NCBI GenBank assembly: GCA_050246755.1
Contig: JBFWVL010000001.1
Span: forward strand, 192,001 to 256,000
Direction of reading: 5' to 3'
Origin: Bacteriovoracia bacterium
GTDB lineage: Bacteria; Bdellovibrionota; UBA1018; CAIPTA01
DNA length: 64,000 nucleotides
Shown here: piece after piece, positions 1 to 11,909 of the stretch
How the letters are laid out: each line of letters begins with the position of its first letter
How positions within the stretch are numbered: position 1 is the first letter of the stretch
Notes under the pieces: generated by a model
Database searches by the model: none
Told to the model about the DNA's origin: nothing
What the model saw: the letters and a program-made list of their open reading frames with translations, nothing else
Translations under genes and position numbers: made by a program

Positions 1-4
1 GCAG

Positions 5-1972
5 GTGGAAACGATGCCCGGCACTTGCCTCGGGCTCGTGCTTCCGCGCGACCGCGCCGTGAACCCGGGCACGAAGAAACCCCTCGTGATGCCGCGTACG
101 CTGCAGGAAATCCCCGGAACCAAGGAATTCCTCCTCGTGGATATGGGCGGCTGGAAGGAAAACAACGGCGCACTCTACTGGCTGAAGCCAGACGCAGCCG
201 GGCAGTATGGCCTCACCCCGCTAAAAATGGGACTAAATAAGCCGCATGGACTCGTGTTTCACTCCGACGGCTTCGTTTATCTCGGGGAAACGAATCGCAT
301 CTCCCGCTTCCGCTTCACGGCCGGAAAAATGGGCGCCTGGGAACTAGTGATCGATCACCTTCCCCGCCCCAAGGGAGACATGCACCCGCTCACCCAGTTC
401 ACTTTCGACGCCCGCAATAACGATCTTTTTTTGAATACCGGCGCCCCCACCGATCACTGCTACGTGAAGGAAAACGAAGGAAACTACGCAAACTGCCCCG
501 AAGACACCGAGCAGGGCATGGGCGCCATCTATCGGATTCCCGGTGCCAAGCTGAAAACCATTCCCACGGGCGGGATCACCGTCATGGAGCTCACGGCCGC
601 GGGCCTGCGCAATTCCATGGCGATGGCCGTGCATTCCTCGGGCACCCTGGTGCAGGGAGAAAATGGCCGCGACTTTCCGGAGCTCGAAGAGCCCTACGAA
701 GAAATCAACGTAATCGAACCACGCAATCCCGGCTTCCACTACGGCTGGCCTTACTGTTTCGATTTTCACGGCGTCTCTCCCGAATGGCGTTTCGGCGAAA
801 ATGCCACCGATCCACTGCGTAAGCGCTTCGATAAGCCCGTGGACTGCAGCCTCAAGGCGCCCAAAGAGCCCGGCCAATACCAGCCCCCCCACGCGCTCAT
901 GCCGCCCCACGTGGCCCCGCTTCACGCTGGCTACTACCAAGGCGCGATGTTCGATAAATCGTTGAGCGGAAAACTACTCATGACCTGGCACGGCTACCAG
1001 CCCACCGGGCACCGCCTGGTGGCCTACGACGTAGACGAAAAAGGACGCCCGCGCACTACTTCCACCTCCGCCGGGCTTAACTATGCCTTCGATACCAAAG
1101 GCGGCTGCCCGGTGTCCCGCGCCTTCAACCCAATCGGCGGGGCCGACCGTTTCGCTCCCTATACCGAGGTGATCAGCCGCTGGGACGCTCAGCCCGGCCT
1201 GCGCCCCCGCGGCGCTCCCGTGGGATTCACGGTGGCTGCCGATGGATCTATTTGGATCGCCGAAGACAAAGAGAATCGTACCGTCGTGCGCTTGGCCCGC
1301 TCCGATGAGCCGCAAAAAACGGCGGACTGCGATCCCGCCAATTCTACGCAGAAGGACCCGCGGATCGAGTTGCTCGCGTGGAGAAATTATTTGGCCGGCA
1401 ATGCCCAGGCCAGCGGCGAATACGTGAAAATTCAGCAGAATCTCACCCAAAAATACTGCGCGGGTTGCCACGGAAATTTTGAGGAAAAAGATATTACCCT
1501 CGATAAATACTCGAATCTCGATTTTTTCGTCAAGAACGAGTGGATCAATCCCGGAAAACCGGAGCTAAGCAAACTCTACGCGGCCATTTCCCAGAGCGGC
1601 GAAACGCCGCCTATGCCGCCGGGAGGCTCGGCCCAATTTTTCGGCACCGCCGAGGGCGCCGCTATTCTCAAGCTCACGGCGAACTGGATCGCCTCGTTAC
1701 CGCCCAACATCGGCAGCACCATCAAGCGCGTCAAGCTCACGGAAATGCGCCGGGTCCGGAATCTCCCTACGAAGAAAAACTCTGTGGAGTGCGGGCAATT
1801 CGATGCCGGGGGCATCGTTTATTTGGAAAGCAATCCGAAACTAGAAATTCGCGCCGATGGGTTCGTGTGGGCAAAAACCTACGTATTGCCCGGCGATTCG
1901 CGCTTGTTCAAGCGAGCCTGCGCCTACCCCGCCGATGGGGTTTTCTATACGGCCCTACGCAGAAGTAAATAA
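5..1972 (+). CDS. Glucose/sorbosone (PQQ-type) dehydrogenase beta-propeller fused to a c-type cytochrome domain; 5' end lies outside the window
   Basis: GLRNSMAM, EEIN..HYGWPYC, PPHVAPL and G.PVGFTVAADGSIWI motifs; CAGCH heme-binding motif and MPP axial-Met region in the C-terminal third. Confidence 0.8.
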   Translation: METMPGTCLGLVLPRDRAVNPGTKKPLVMPRTLQEIPGTKEFLLVDMGGWKENNGALYWLKPDAAGQYGLTPLKMGLNKPHGLVFHSDGFVYLGETNRISRFRFTAGKMGAWELVIDHLPRPKGDMHPLTQFTFDARNNDLFLNTGAPTDHCYVKENEGNYANCPEDTEQGMGAIYRIPGAKLKTIPTGGITVMELTAAGLRNSMAMAVHSSGTLVQGENGRDFPELEEPYEEINVIEPRNPGFHYGWPYCFDFHGVSPEWRFGENATDPLRKRFDKPVDCSLKAPKEPGQYQPPHALMPPHVAPLHAGYYQGAMFDKSLSGKLLMTWHGYQPTGHRLVAYDVDEKGRPRTTSTSAGLNYAFDTKGGCPVSRAFNPIGGADRFAPYTEVISRWDAQPGLRPRGAPVGFTVAADGSIWIAEDKENRTVVRLARSDEPQKTADCDPANSTQKDPRIELLAWRNYLAGNAQASGEYVKIQQNLTQKYCAGCHGNFEEKDITLDKYSNLDFFVKNEWINPGKPELSKLYAAISQSGETPPMPPGGSAQFFGTAEGAAILKLTANWIASLPPNIGSTIKRVKLTEMRRVRNLPTKKNSVECGQFDAGGIVYLESNPKLEIRADGFVWAKTYVLPGDSRLFKRACAYPADGVFYTALRRSK

Positions 1973-2117
1973 TTTATGGCTGCGCCAAAATTCCGTCTGG
2001 TGATTTTTCGCTAACCTCACGCAATGCGCCATCACAAAACCAACAACTCCTCGTCGATAAATAGTGCTCAAAGCCCAATTTTATTGAACACAAAACATTT
2101 TCCCATATACTTTTCAG

Positions 2118-2840
2118 GTGCAATATAAAGTCTTGATCGTCGACGACGAAGATGATCACCAAAAAGTGGTCCGTAAGGTTCTAGACCGCAGTTGCCGTGT
2201 CGTGCAAGCGCTTACCCTCGCCGATGCCGATCGCGAATTGCTGAAGCAAAACTTCGATCTCATTTTGCTCGACGTCACACTGCCCGACGGGGACGGCTTC
2301 TCCTTCTACGCCAAATTGCGAACCCAAGAGCATACCGCCGACACGCCGGTGATGTTCGTGACTTCCCGATCCGACACCCCGAATGAAGTCATGGGATTTT
2401 CCCTCGGCGCGGAAGACTATATCGCCAAGCCCATCGACCCGCCGCGCCTTAAGGCAAGAGTAGAATCGCGCCTCAAGCTCATCAGCGAGCGTCGGCAGAA
2501 AGAAATGACCCTCTGTAAAGGAAACCTAAAGCTCAGTGTTTCTCTGCAAAAAGTTTCGGTGGTGAACGAGGGCCAGGAAATTCCGATCGACCTAACCCCC
2601 GTAGAGTTTAAGCTTCTGTTCCACCTCTTACGCCACGAAGACCAGGTTTTTTCCCGGGAGCAATTGCTGATCGCCGTCTGGGACAATGCTTCCGAGGTTT
2701 TCGATCGCACGGTGGACATGCACGTGAGCAAGCTCCGAAAAAAAATCAATCTTAGCGACTTCCAGATAAAGGCCGTGCACGGGCTAGGCTACCGTCTCTC
2801 CAAGGCCCCCATCCCTCCGGTGACGTTCCCCGCTAGCTAA
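2118..2840 (+). CDS. OmpR-family response regulator
   Basis: REC domain (VLIVDD, LLDVTLPDGDG, DYIAKP) plus winged helix (LTPVEFKLL, RTVDMHVSKLRKK, GLGY). Confidence 0.93.
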   Translation: MQYKVLIVDDEDDHQKVVRKVLDRSCRVVQALTLADADRELLKQNFDLILLDVTLPDGDGFSFYAKLRTQEHTADTPVMFVTSRSDTPNEVMGFSLGAEDYIAKPIDPPRLKARVESRLKLISERRQKEMTLCKGNLKLSVSLQKVSVVNEGQEIPIDLTPVEFKLLFHLLRHEDQVFSREQLLIAVWDNASEVFDRTVDMHVSKLRKKINLSDFQIKAVHGLGYRLSKAPIPPVTFPAS

Positions 2841-3532
2841 GCCGCTTTAGGGATATAAGAAACTGGTCGTTTCACGTTCAGCCAGGCGCCGTAAAGTAAT
2901 TTACTCTCCGGAGCCAGGTAAATGATCTCCACCCCCGCAAAAATTTGGCCGCTATGCCCACGCCTCACCCAGCGCACCACGCCTCTTCCCTCGAGTTTCA
3001 GGCATTGCTCGCCAAAGTCCACTCCCAACTGGAAGTCCACATCGGCCCCGATGCGGAGAGCGGGGCCAAATTCCACCTGAAAGCCTCCGCGGCCGATGGA
3101 ATTTTCCGGCAGATTGGCGTGGATCTCTACCATGCCGTCGCCATTGCTCTCTATTTTGTTACTGAATCCCACGTCTAAGGAACGCTCCACTACGCGTAGC
3201 AGGTCTTGCCGCTCAAATGGCTTGGAAAGGATCGCGGTAGCCCCGAGGTCGTATACCTCTTCCAGCGAGAGATCGGCGAATCCGCTCATGAAGATGATTA
3301 CCGGCAAAAAAGGATCCCGACGTTTGGTACATTTAATGAGATCGATCCCGTCACCGTCGCGCATCCTCACATCAGTCAATACTATGTCCACTGCTTCCAC
3401 CTCGAGAATCGCGAGCGCTTCGTTACCGCTAGCGGCCGAAAGCACGTCGTACCCGGCTTTCGTGAAAAGCGTGCATAGCCCTTTGCGCAGGATGTCTTCG
3501 TCGTCTACCACCAGTATTCTTTTACTCGCCAT
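2837..3532 (-). CDS. Response regulator receiver with C-terminal PilZ-like domain
   Basis: REC motifs; C-terminal SIGRGG..., GVVRWVR and AGVEI pattern typical of PilZ barrels. Confidence 0.75.
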   Translation of the reverse strand: MASKRILVVDDEDILRKGLCTLFTKAGYDVLSAASGNEALAILEVEAVDIVLTDVRMRDGDGIDLIKCTKRRDPFLPVIIFMSGFADLSLEEVYDLGATAILSKPFERQDLLRVVERSLDVGFSNKIESNGDGMVEIHANLPENSIGRGGFQVEFGPALRIGADVDFQLGVDFGEQCLKLEGRGVVRWVRRGHSGQIFAGVEIIYLAPESKLLYGAWLNVKRPVSYIPKAA

Positions 3533-3761
3533 CTGCGGTTTCCCCTCTCACCTTCCGTTGCCCATATAACCATCATCGGCCATAGCTGTGACGGGGATTT
3601 CTCGCAAATATTACCAATCCGTTACCTACGATCCCGAGTGATCCTCGAAGAAACGCGGAGCCCATTTGTAAACAAAACGAAATATTTCCATAGGAACTCC
3701 TATATATACGCCCCCGATACCAGCCCACGGCAACCGGTATTGGCGAAGAAATGGTTAAAAC

Positions 3762-3790
3762 CTAAGTAAAAGCAGGCTTTTCTCCGATAT
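3762..3790 (+). promoter_or_regulatory. Sigma28 (FliA)-like promoter
   Basis: CTAAG-N16-TCCGATAT ending 8 nt before the ATG at 3799. Confidence 0.45.
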
Positions 3791-3798
3791 ATACCAGG

Positions 3799-6191
<2,393 letters not shown>

Positions 6192-6195
<4 letters not shown>

Positions 6196-6884
6196 AATTT
6201 CGCCACGAGCGCGGTGGTATACGTCGTATCGGTGTTTTTCGCATTCACCGGCTCATTGTCGTAACGAACCAAGTACGCTAGCTTCACCGCGAACACCGCG
6301 TTCAGCGCGAAGCTACTCGAGAATTCCCCATTGAGCAGCCAGTCCCGCGTGCGCGATAAGTTGGGTAAATACTCCAACCAAAGCTTAGAGCTGGCCGTTT
6401 CGCTCCAGCTGCGGCTCGCTTCCGTATAGGTACGCACCAGACTGTCACGGGCGCGCGAGCCATTCGTGCGATTCTCCATTTGGTAACGGTAGCCAAGCTC
6501 GGCAAACCACTCCCACTCCTTCTCCACGCGGTAGAGCCAGTGCTTCGCGCCCAAGTCGGAGGCGTATCTTTGCTGGTAGCCGGCGAAGCGGTCCGATTCG
6601 AGACTTTGCCCCAGGAAAACTCGCCACATTCTGCTCAGCTCTCGCTCGTAGCGGATCCCGAAATCCCAGCGCCGAGCGCTAAGCTGGCCCTGATTTTTCG
6701 CCTGGAGAAAGCTGCCCTTCACATGCGCCGAGTTGGCCGACCATTCGTAGTCGCTCGCCTGCTTGGCGCTTAGGCTTTGGGCTCGCGAATTCCCGGTAGA
6801 AATAATCACCCCGGCTTCACCCTCATTTTTCCATTCCGCCGCGAAGGTGGGAACGGCTAATAAAAGCAGAAAGAAGAATTTCAT
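6192..6884 (-). CDS. DUF481/YdiY-family outer membrane beta-barrel protein
   Basis: Signal peptide, G..ISTGNS motif, DRFAG, terminal Phe. Confidence 0.8.
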
Positions 6885-6985
6885 CTTAGCTCAGTAACTT
6901 GGCCAAGGCGGAAACGTCAATATACGGCAACGCCGCCCCGCAGTACCCCTTCCCTTACTCGCCGAACTGCGTTAATCCCTTATCC

Positions 6986-7990
6986 ATGAGCCAACAAGCC
7001 TTTACCTACGACGACGTGCTTCTCGTTCCTAACTATAATAGCCATGAGTCCCGGCGCGCGGTGGATATTTCGATGAGCGATCGCTCGGGCAAGCTACGCC
7101 TCGATCTCCCCGTTTTCACCGCCAATATGGACTCGGTTACCGAGAGCGGAATGGCAAACTTCATCGGGGAGAAAGGCGGAATGGGCGTGCTCCACCGCTT
7201 TCTCTCGATTGAACAAAACGTGGAAGAATTCAAGAAGTGCTCCCATAAAACCTTCGTATCGATCGGCTGCTCCGAAGCGGATCTCGAACGAGCCGACGCC
7301 CTGCGCGCGGCGGGCGCAAATTATTTTTGCGTAGACGTGGCCCATGCCCACGGAAAATACGTGGGGAAAACCCTGAAGCGCCTCCGCGAATTCCTGCCCG
7401 ACGCCTGCCTCATGGCCGGCAACGTGGCCACCTACGCCGGGGCCGACTACCTCGCCTCCTGCGGAGCCGATATCATCAAAGTGGGAATCGGCGGCGGCTC
7501 CGTTTGTACCACGCGAATCAAAACCGGTTTCGGCGTTCCTAATCTCACGGCGATCAAAGAATGCGCAAAGGCCGACCGCTCCATTATCGCCGACGGCGGA
7601 ATCCGCACTCCCGGCGACGTGGTGAAAGCTCTCGCCTTCGGTGCCGACTTCGTGATGATCGGCGGAATGCTCGCCGGCACTCGCCCCACTCCAGGAAAGG
7701 TAATCGAGGCGAACGGCAAGAAAGCGAAGCAGTACCGCGGAATGGCGAGCTTCGAAGCGCAGCAGGATTTTTTAGGCGGAGTTCCCGAATGGAAAACCGC
7801 GGAGGGTGTGGCCGTTACCGTTCCCTACCGGGAAGACGAAGAGGCCATCATCGCGGACATCGTGGGTGGCTTACGCTCGGGCTTAACCTACGGCGGAGCG
7901 GCCACCATTAAGGAACTGCAGCGTAAGATGAATTACGTGATCGTGACGCAGGCGGGACGGATTGAAAGCATGGCGCATAAGGCGCTTTAA
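6986..7990 (+). CDS. GMP reductase / IMPDH-family protein lacking CBS domains
   Basis: TYDDVLLVP, ANMDSVTE, DVAHAH, GIGGGSVCTTR, IIADGGIR, YRGMAS; ATG 6986 preferred over the ORF-track TTG 6899. Confidence 0.88.
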   Translation: MSQQAFTYDDVLLVPNYNSHESRRAVDISMSDRSGKLRLDLPVFTANMDSVTESGMANFIGEKGGMGVLHRFLSIEQNVEEFKKCSHKTFVSIGCSEADLERADALRAAGANYFCVDVAHAHGKYVGKTLKRLREFLPDACLMAGNVATYAGADYLASCGADIIKVGIGGGSVCTTRIKTGFGVPNLTAIKECAKADRSIIADGGIRTPGDVVKALAFGADFVMIGGMLAGTRPTPGKVIEANGKKAKQYRGMASFEAQQDFLGGVPEWKTAEGVAVTVPYREDEEAIIADIVGGLRSGLTYGGAATIKELQRKMNYVIVTQAGRIESMAHKAL

Positions 7991-7996
7991 TCCATT

Positions 7997-8177
7997 GTCG
8001 GTTGGCCGTTTGCGGTTATCGGTTAGCAGTGGGCGGCTAAAACAAAGCGGATGCGGATCTGATTCCGCCTTCTGTTCTCGGAAAAGAATTCTGATTGCCG
8101 AATCGGATCCGAAATCCAGCCCGATTCCGATTTCCGCGTTCCCACCGCCAACCGCAAACAGCCAATCGCCAACTGAC
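7997..8177. repeat. Imperfect 37-bp inverted repeat built from GGTTRGC-like heptamers between convergent genes
   Basis: Left arm 7997-8033 gtcggttggccgtttgcggttatcggttagcagtggg; right arm 8141-8177 reverse-complements to gtcagttggcgattggctgtttgcggttggcggtggg. Confidence 0.7.
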
Positions 8178-8711
8178 CTACCCCTGCATCACCCCGATAT
8201 ACGGCAATTCACGGTAGGCCTGGGCGTAATCGAGGCCGAATCCGATCACGAACTCATTGCCGATGGAAAACCCTACGTATTCCACCTTCACGTCCACCTT
8301 GAGGGCCGCGGGCTTTTGCAAAAGCGAGCAGCAGGCGATCGACGCGGGATTTCTCACCTGAAAAAGATCGCGGATATATTTCAGGGTCAGGCCCGTGTCC
8401 ACGATATCCTCCACGATCAAAACGTCGCGGCCATCGAGCGGTGCCGTTACGTCGAGGGCTAATTTCACTTCACCCGAAGAAGTTTTTTCGTTGCCGTAAC
8501 TCGAGCAAGAAATGAACTCCACTTTCACGGGAACCTTCACCGCTCTCACGAGATCCGCGAAAAACAGGAAGCTGCCCTTCAGCACGCAGATCATGGTGAG
8601 CTCGCGCCCTTGATAATGGGCATTGATCTCCGCGGCCAATTCTGCCACGCGCTTAGCGATTTGTTCTTCGGAAATAAGTACGCGAATATTGGGTTTCATG
8701 GGCCCTTTCAT
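8178..8711 (-). CDS. hpt: Hypoxanthine phosphoribosyltransferase
   Basis: VLKGSF.FFADL, SSYG, VLIVEDIVDTGLTL, FVIGFGLDY..YRELPYI; alternative start at 8699. Confidence 0.95.
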   Translation of the reverse strand: MKGPMKPNIRVLISEEQIAKRVAELAAEINAHYQGRELTMICVLKGSFLFFADLVRAVKVPVKVEFISCSSYGNEKTSSGEVKLALDVTAPLDGRDVLIVEDIVDTGLTLKYIRDLFQVRNPASIACCSLLQKPAALKVDVKVEYVGFSIGNEFVIGFGLDYAQAYRELPYIGVMQG

Positions 8712-8785
8712 ATGCCAAATAACCCTATAATTCCAGCGAACAAATCACCCTTCCCACTCAGGCGGGATTGCGGTATCCCTTTTGG

Positions 8786-9466
8786 ATGACTGCGCTTCGT
8801 AGCCGCTCCGAGCTTTTGGCCTGGATCCAGCAGAATCCGAAACTCAAGCCCTTGCTCGACCACATTTCCCAGCAAAACAGCGATGATTCCGCTCACGACC
8901 TCGCCCATTTGCTCCGGGTCGGTCTTTGGACCATGGAATTAGCGGGCTCCGCCGTGGAGCGCGAAGAGGCCGCCGCCGCCGCCCTCCTTCACGATCTGGT
9001 AAATATTCCCAAAGATCATCCCGATCGCGCGAAAGCCAGCGAGTTTTCGGCTAAAGCCGCGGTTCCCCTCCTGGAAAAATCGGGCTTCTCTTCCGAAGCC
9101 ATTACTCGCGTCACGGAAGCCATCCGGGATCATTCCTTCAGCCGGGGAGCTATTCCCGCCTCTCCACTGGGTAAAGCCCTGCAGGACGCTGATCGCCTCG
9201 AGGCCGTGGGCGCGATCGGCTTGATGCGGGTTTTCTCTACCGGCGTTCGCATGGGCGCCCGTTATTTCAATCCCGAAGACCCTTGGGCGAAAAATCGCCC
9301 CCTCGACGATAAAGCTTTTTCGGTAGACCATTTTTTCACGAAACTGCTTCGCCTCACTCCCTCGTTTCATACCGAGCTCGGGAAAAAAGAAGCCGCCCGC
9401 CGCACCGCCGTGCTGGAGAAATTTCTGGTGGATCTAGGAACCGAGATTGGGGAGCCCCAGCCATGA
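8786..9466 (+). CDS. HD-domain phosphohydrolase (YedJ-like)
   Basis: DSAHDLAHLLRV, ALLHD, HSFS, QDADRLEAVGAIG, HFFTKLL. Confidence 0.88.
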   Translation: MTALRSRSELLAWIQQNPKLKPLLDHISQQNSDDSAHDLAHLLRVGLWTMELAGSAVEREEAAAAALLHDLVNIPKDHPDRAKASEFSAKAAVPLLEKSGFSSEAITRVTEAIRDHSFSRGAIPASPLGKALQDADRLEAVGAIGLMRVFSTGVRMGARYFNPEDPWAKNRPLDDKAFSVDHFFTKLLRLTPSFHTELGKKEAARRTAVLEKFLVDLGTEIGEPQP

Positions 9467-10134
9467 GACTGCTCGTAGTGGAAGACGAAAAGAAAATGGC
9501 CGGCTTTCTAAAAAAGGGCCTGATGGAAGCGGGCTATTCCGTGGACCACGCCGCCACGGGTACCTCCGCCGAGGCCCTCGCCAGCGAAAACATCTACGAC
9601 TGCATCGTGCTCGACGTAATGCTTCCCGACCAAACCGGCTTCGATACCGCCACCAATCTCCGCCGCGAGGGTTATGCCGGCCCGATTCTTTTCCTGAGCG
9701 CGCTTTCCGGCACCCGCGATAAGGTACGCGGACTCGACGCCGGCGCCGACGACTATTTGACCAAGCCCTTCTCCTTCGACGAACTGCTCGCCCGGGTGCG
9801 CGCCCTGCTCCGCCGGCAGAGCGACACGAAGAGCACCGTGATCCGTTTTGCCGAGATCGAGCTCGATCTCGTGAAGCGGAAAGTGCAGCGCGCCGGGCGG
9901 GAGCTCGATCTCACCGCCAAGGAGTTCGCGCTGCTCGAATATTTCATGCGCAATCCTAATAAGCCGCTTTCCCGCACCTCCATCGCAGAACACGTCTGGG
10001 ACGTGCACTTCGATTCCGACTCCAACGTGATCGACGTGTACGTGAATATGCTGCGGAAAAAACTGGGGCAAAAAGAGGAGAAACGCCTGATCCATACGAT
10101 CGTGGGCGTCGGCTATGTACTTCGCGAAGATTAA
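9463..10134 (+). CDS. OmpR-family response regulator (CusR/CzcR-like)
   Basis: MRLLVVEDE, GLDAGADDYLTKPFSFDELLAR, WD..FDSDSNVIDVYV. Confidence 0.92.
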   Translation: MRLLVVEDEKKMAGFLKKGLMEAGYSVDHAATGTSAEALASENIYDCIVLDVMLPDQTGFDTATNLRREGYAGPILFLSALSGTRDKVRGLDAGADDYLTKPFSFDELLARVRALLRRQSDTKSTVIRFAEIELDLVKRKVQRAGRELDLTAKEFALLEYFMRNPNKPLSRTSIAEHVWDVHFDSDSNVIDVYVNMLRKKLGQKEEKRLIHTIVGVGYVLRED

Positions 10135-11590
10135 GCCCTTCGTCTATAGCTTGCGCATGCGCCTCACGGCCCTTTATCTCGGCCTGCTCGCCGTCACGCT
10201 CGCGGTATTCTGCAGCGTGCTCTACCAAGTTTTCGTGCGTAATCACCAGCAAGAATTCGACTTTGCGCTCTATAACCACGCGGTAGACGTTTCCCGCTCC
10301 ATTACCGTCGATTTTTTCGGCGATCTCGTTTTCACGCCGAACGCTCTTTACTCGAAAGAAAAAGTTTTTCCTTTTTCCCTAGGAAAATCCTTCGCCCAGG
10401 TGGTTTCCCTCGAAGGCCAGGTAATCAATCCTTCTGAAAACCTCGGCAATGCCTACCTCCCGCTTTACACCGAGGATTGGCAGGAAGTATTCCGCCGCGG
10501 CCATACTTACCGCACGCTCGGCCCCAGCGAACTGAAGAACATCAAGGAAGCCCTGCCCAAGGAGAGCTATCGCCTCATCACCTACATGATTCGGCGGGGA
10601 AAACCCGTGTTCATCCTACAGATCGCCGTGCCTCTCACCCTGCTCGAGCGTGAGGCGGCCAGCCTGATCCTCTTCTTCGTGATCGGCGTTCCGATGGCGC
10701 TGATCTTGTTCGCCGTCTGCGGCCTTTACGTGGCCAATAAAGCGCTTGAGCCCGTGCGGGGGATCATCAAGAAAGCCTCGCAGCTGAATCCTTCCAATCT
10801 TTCGCAGCGCCTGCCCGAGCCCAATACGGAAGACGAAATTCGCCGCCTCACCGTTACGCTCAACGGATTGCTCGGCCGGATTGAGCGCGCCTTCGAGAGC
10901 CACGAGAATTTTATCGCCGATGCCTCCCACCAGCTGAAAACCCCCCTCGCCATTCTCCGCGGCGAGCTCGACGTCTTCCGCTCCAAGCCCCGCTCTCCGG
11001 AGGAGGTAGCGGCGCTGGTGAATTCCGCCTCTCAGGAACTGCATCATATGTCTCGCCTCCTCGATGATCTCCTGCTGCTGGCGAAGATCGATGCCGGCGC
11101 CGGCTCCCTCACCATGCGTAAGCTGCGCGTGGATGAACTAGTCGTAGAATGCGTGGCACGATTCGAAGTGCTCGCCAATAAAAAAAATATCTCCATTCGC
11201 TTCGATCTCGACGACCGCACCGAAGGCACCTCCGCCGACGATTTCCTCGTGGACGGCGACTCCGACCTTCTACAATCCATGTTTAGGAATCTCGTAGACA
11301 ACGCGATCAAATATTCCCCCGAAGGCACTCCCATCGAAGTGCGCGTGATCAACGAGGCCACCCGCGTGGTCACCCAGATCCGCGATTTCGGCGACGCCAT
11401 CGACCCGGAAACCGCCGAACGTCTTTTCCGACGCTACGAAAGAGGGAACTTGCTTGTGAGCACCGTGTCAGGAACGGGTTTAGGGCTTACTATCGCCCAG
11501 CGCATTGCCGAGCTTCATGGCGGTAACATATCGATTATTCAGGACAATTCTCCCGGAAAAGCCTTCCAAGTAGAGATGAAAAAGAATTAA
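10115..11590 (+). CDS. HAMP-domain sensor histidine kinase (CusS/CzcS-like)
   Basis: Two TM helices, HAMP, FIADASHQLKTPL, NLVDNAIKYS, GTGLGL; overlaps the response regulator gene. Confidence 0.92.
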   Translation: MYFAKIKPFVYSLRMRLTALYLGLLAVTLAVFCSVLYQVFVRNHQQEFDFALYNHAVDVSRSITVDFFGDLVFTPNALYSKEKVFPFSLGKSFAQVVSLEGQVINPSENLGNAYLPLYTEDWQEVFRRGHTYRTLGPSELKNIKEALPKESYRLITYMIRRGKPVFILQIAVPLTLLEREAASLILFFVIGVPMALILFAVCGLYVANKALEPVRGIIKKASQLNPSNLSQRLPEPNTEDEIRRLTVTLNGLLGRIERAFESHENFIADASHQLKTPLAILRGELDVFRSKPRSPEEVAALVNSASQELHHMSRLLDDLLLLAKIDAGAGSLTMRKLRVDELVVECVARFEVLANKKNISIRFDLDDRTEGTSADDFLVDGDSDLLQSMFRNLVDNAIKYSPEGTPIEVRVINEATRVVTQIRDFGDAIDPETAERLFRRYERGNLLVSTVSGTGLGLTIAQRIAELHGGNISIIQDNSPGKAFQVEMKKN

Positions 11591-11595
11591 TACGC

Positions 11596-11629
11596 TTTTC
11601 ATCTCGTTTTAACCTCCCCCCGATATTGT
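11596..11629 (+). promoter_or_regulatory. OmpR-type tandem direct repeat plus -10 element
   Basis: TTTTCATCT (11596) and TTTTAACCT (11607), 11-bp period, followed by GATATT/TATTGT at 11622-11629. Confidence 0.5.
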
Positions 11630-11713
11630 CGTTCACATGGAAGCTTAATCGCTTCCCTTCCTGGAAACAGGACAACGGAAACGTTGAAACGAATGGAATG
11701 AAAAGGCGTGGCG

Positions 11714-11872
11714 ATGAGTACAGGAAGGAAATTTAAGAAAGAGATTTACGTCGGGTTTCTCCTCTTTCTTTTATCCTTCCTGTACTTGTCGCATTTAAAC
11801 CAGGAATTCCAGCCAATTCACGCAGACGTAACTGCTCCCCCGTCCGCAAACACGGAGAAGCAGCCTAGTTAG
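11714..11872 (+). CDS. Putative 52-aa single-TM small protein (not in ORF track)
   Basis: MSTGRKFKKEIYVGFLLFLLSFLYLSHLNQEFQPIHADVTAPPSANTEKQPS*; basic N-terminus then hydrophobic helix; AAGG upstream. Confidence 0.45.
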   Translation: MSTGRKFKKEIYVGFLLFLLSFLYLSHLNQEFQPIHADVTAPPSANTEKQPS

Positions 11873-11909
11873 GTACTACGGCCATACAAATAGTTTTCAT
11901 GCTCCCTCA

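Noticed and set aside
11658-11810. 6S RNA or c-di-GMP riboswitch as the identity of the structured RNA
   Set aside because: No roughly symmetric central bubble in a ~180-nt rod and no GGCAAAC/GCAAAGC class I motif; a covariance search is still needed
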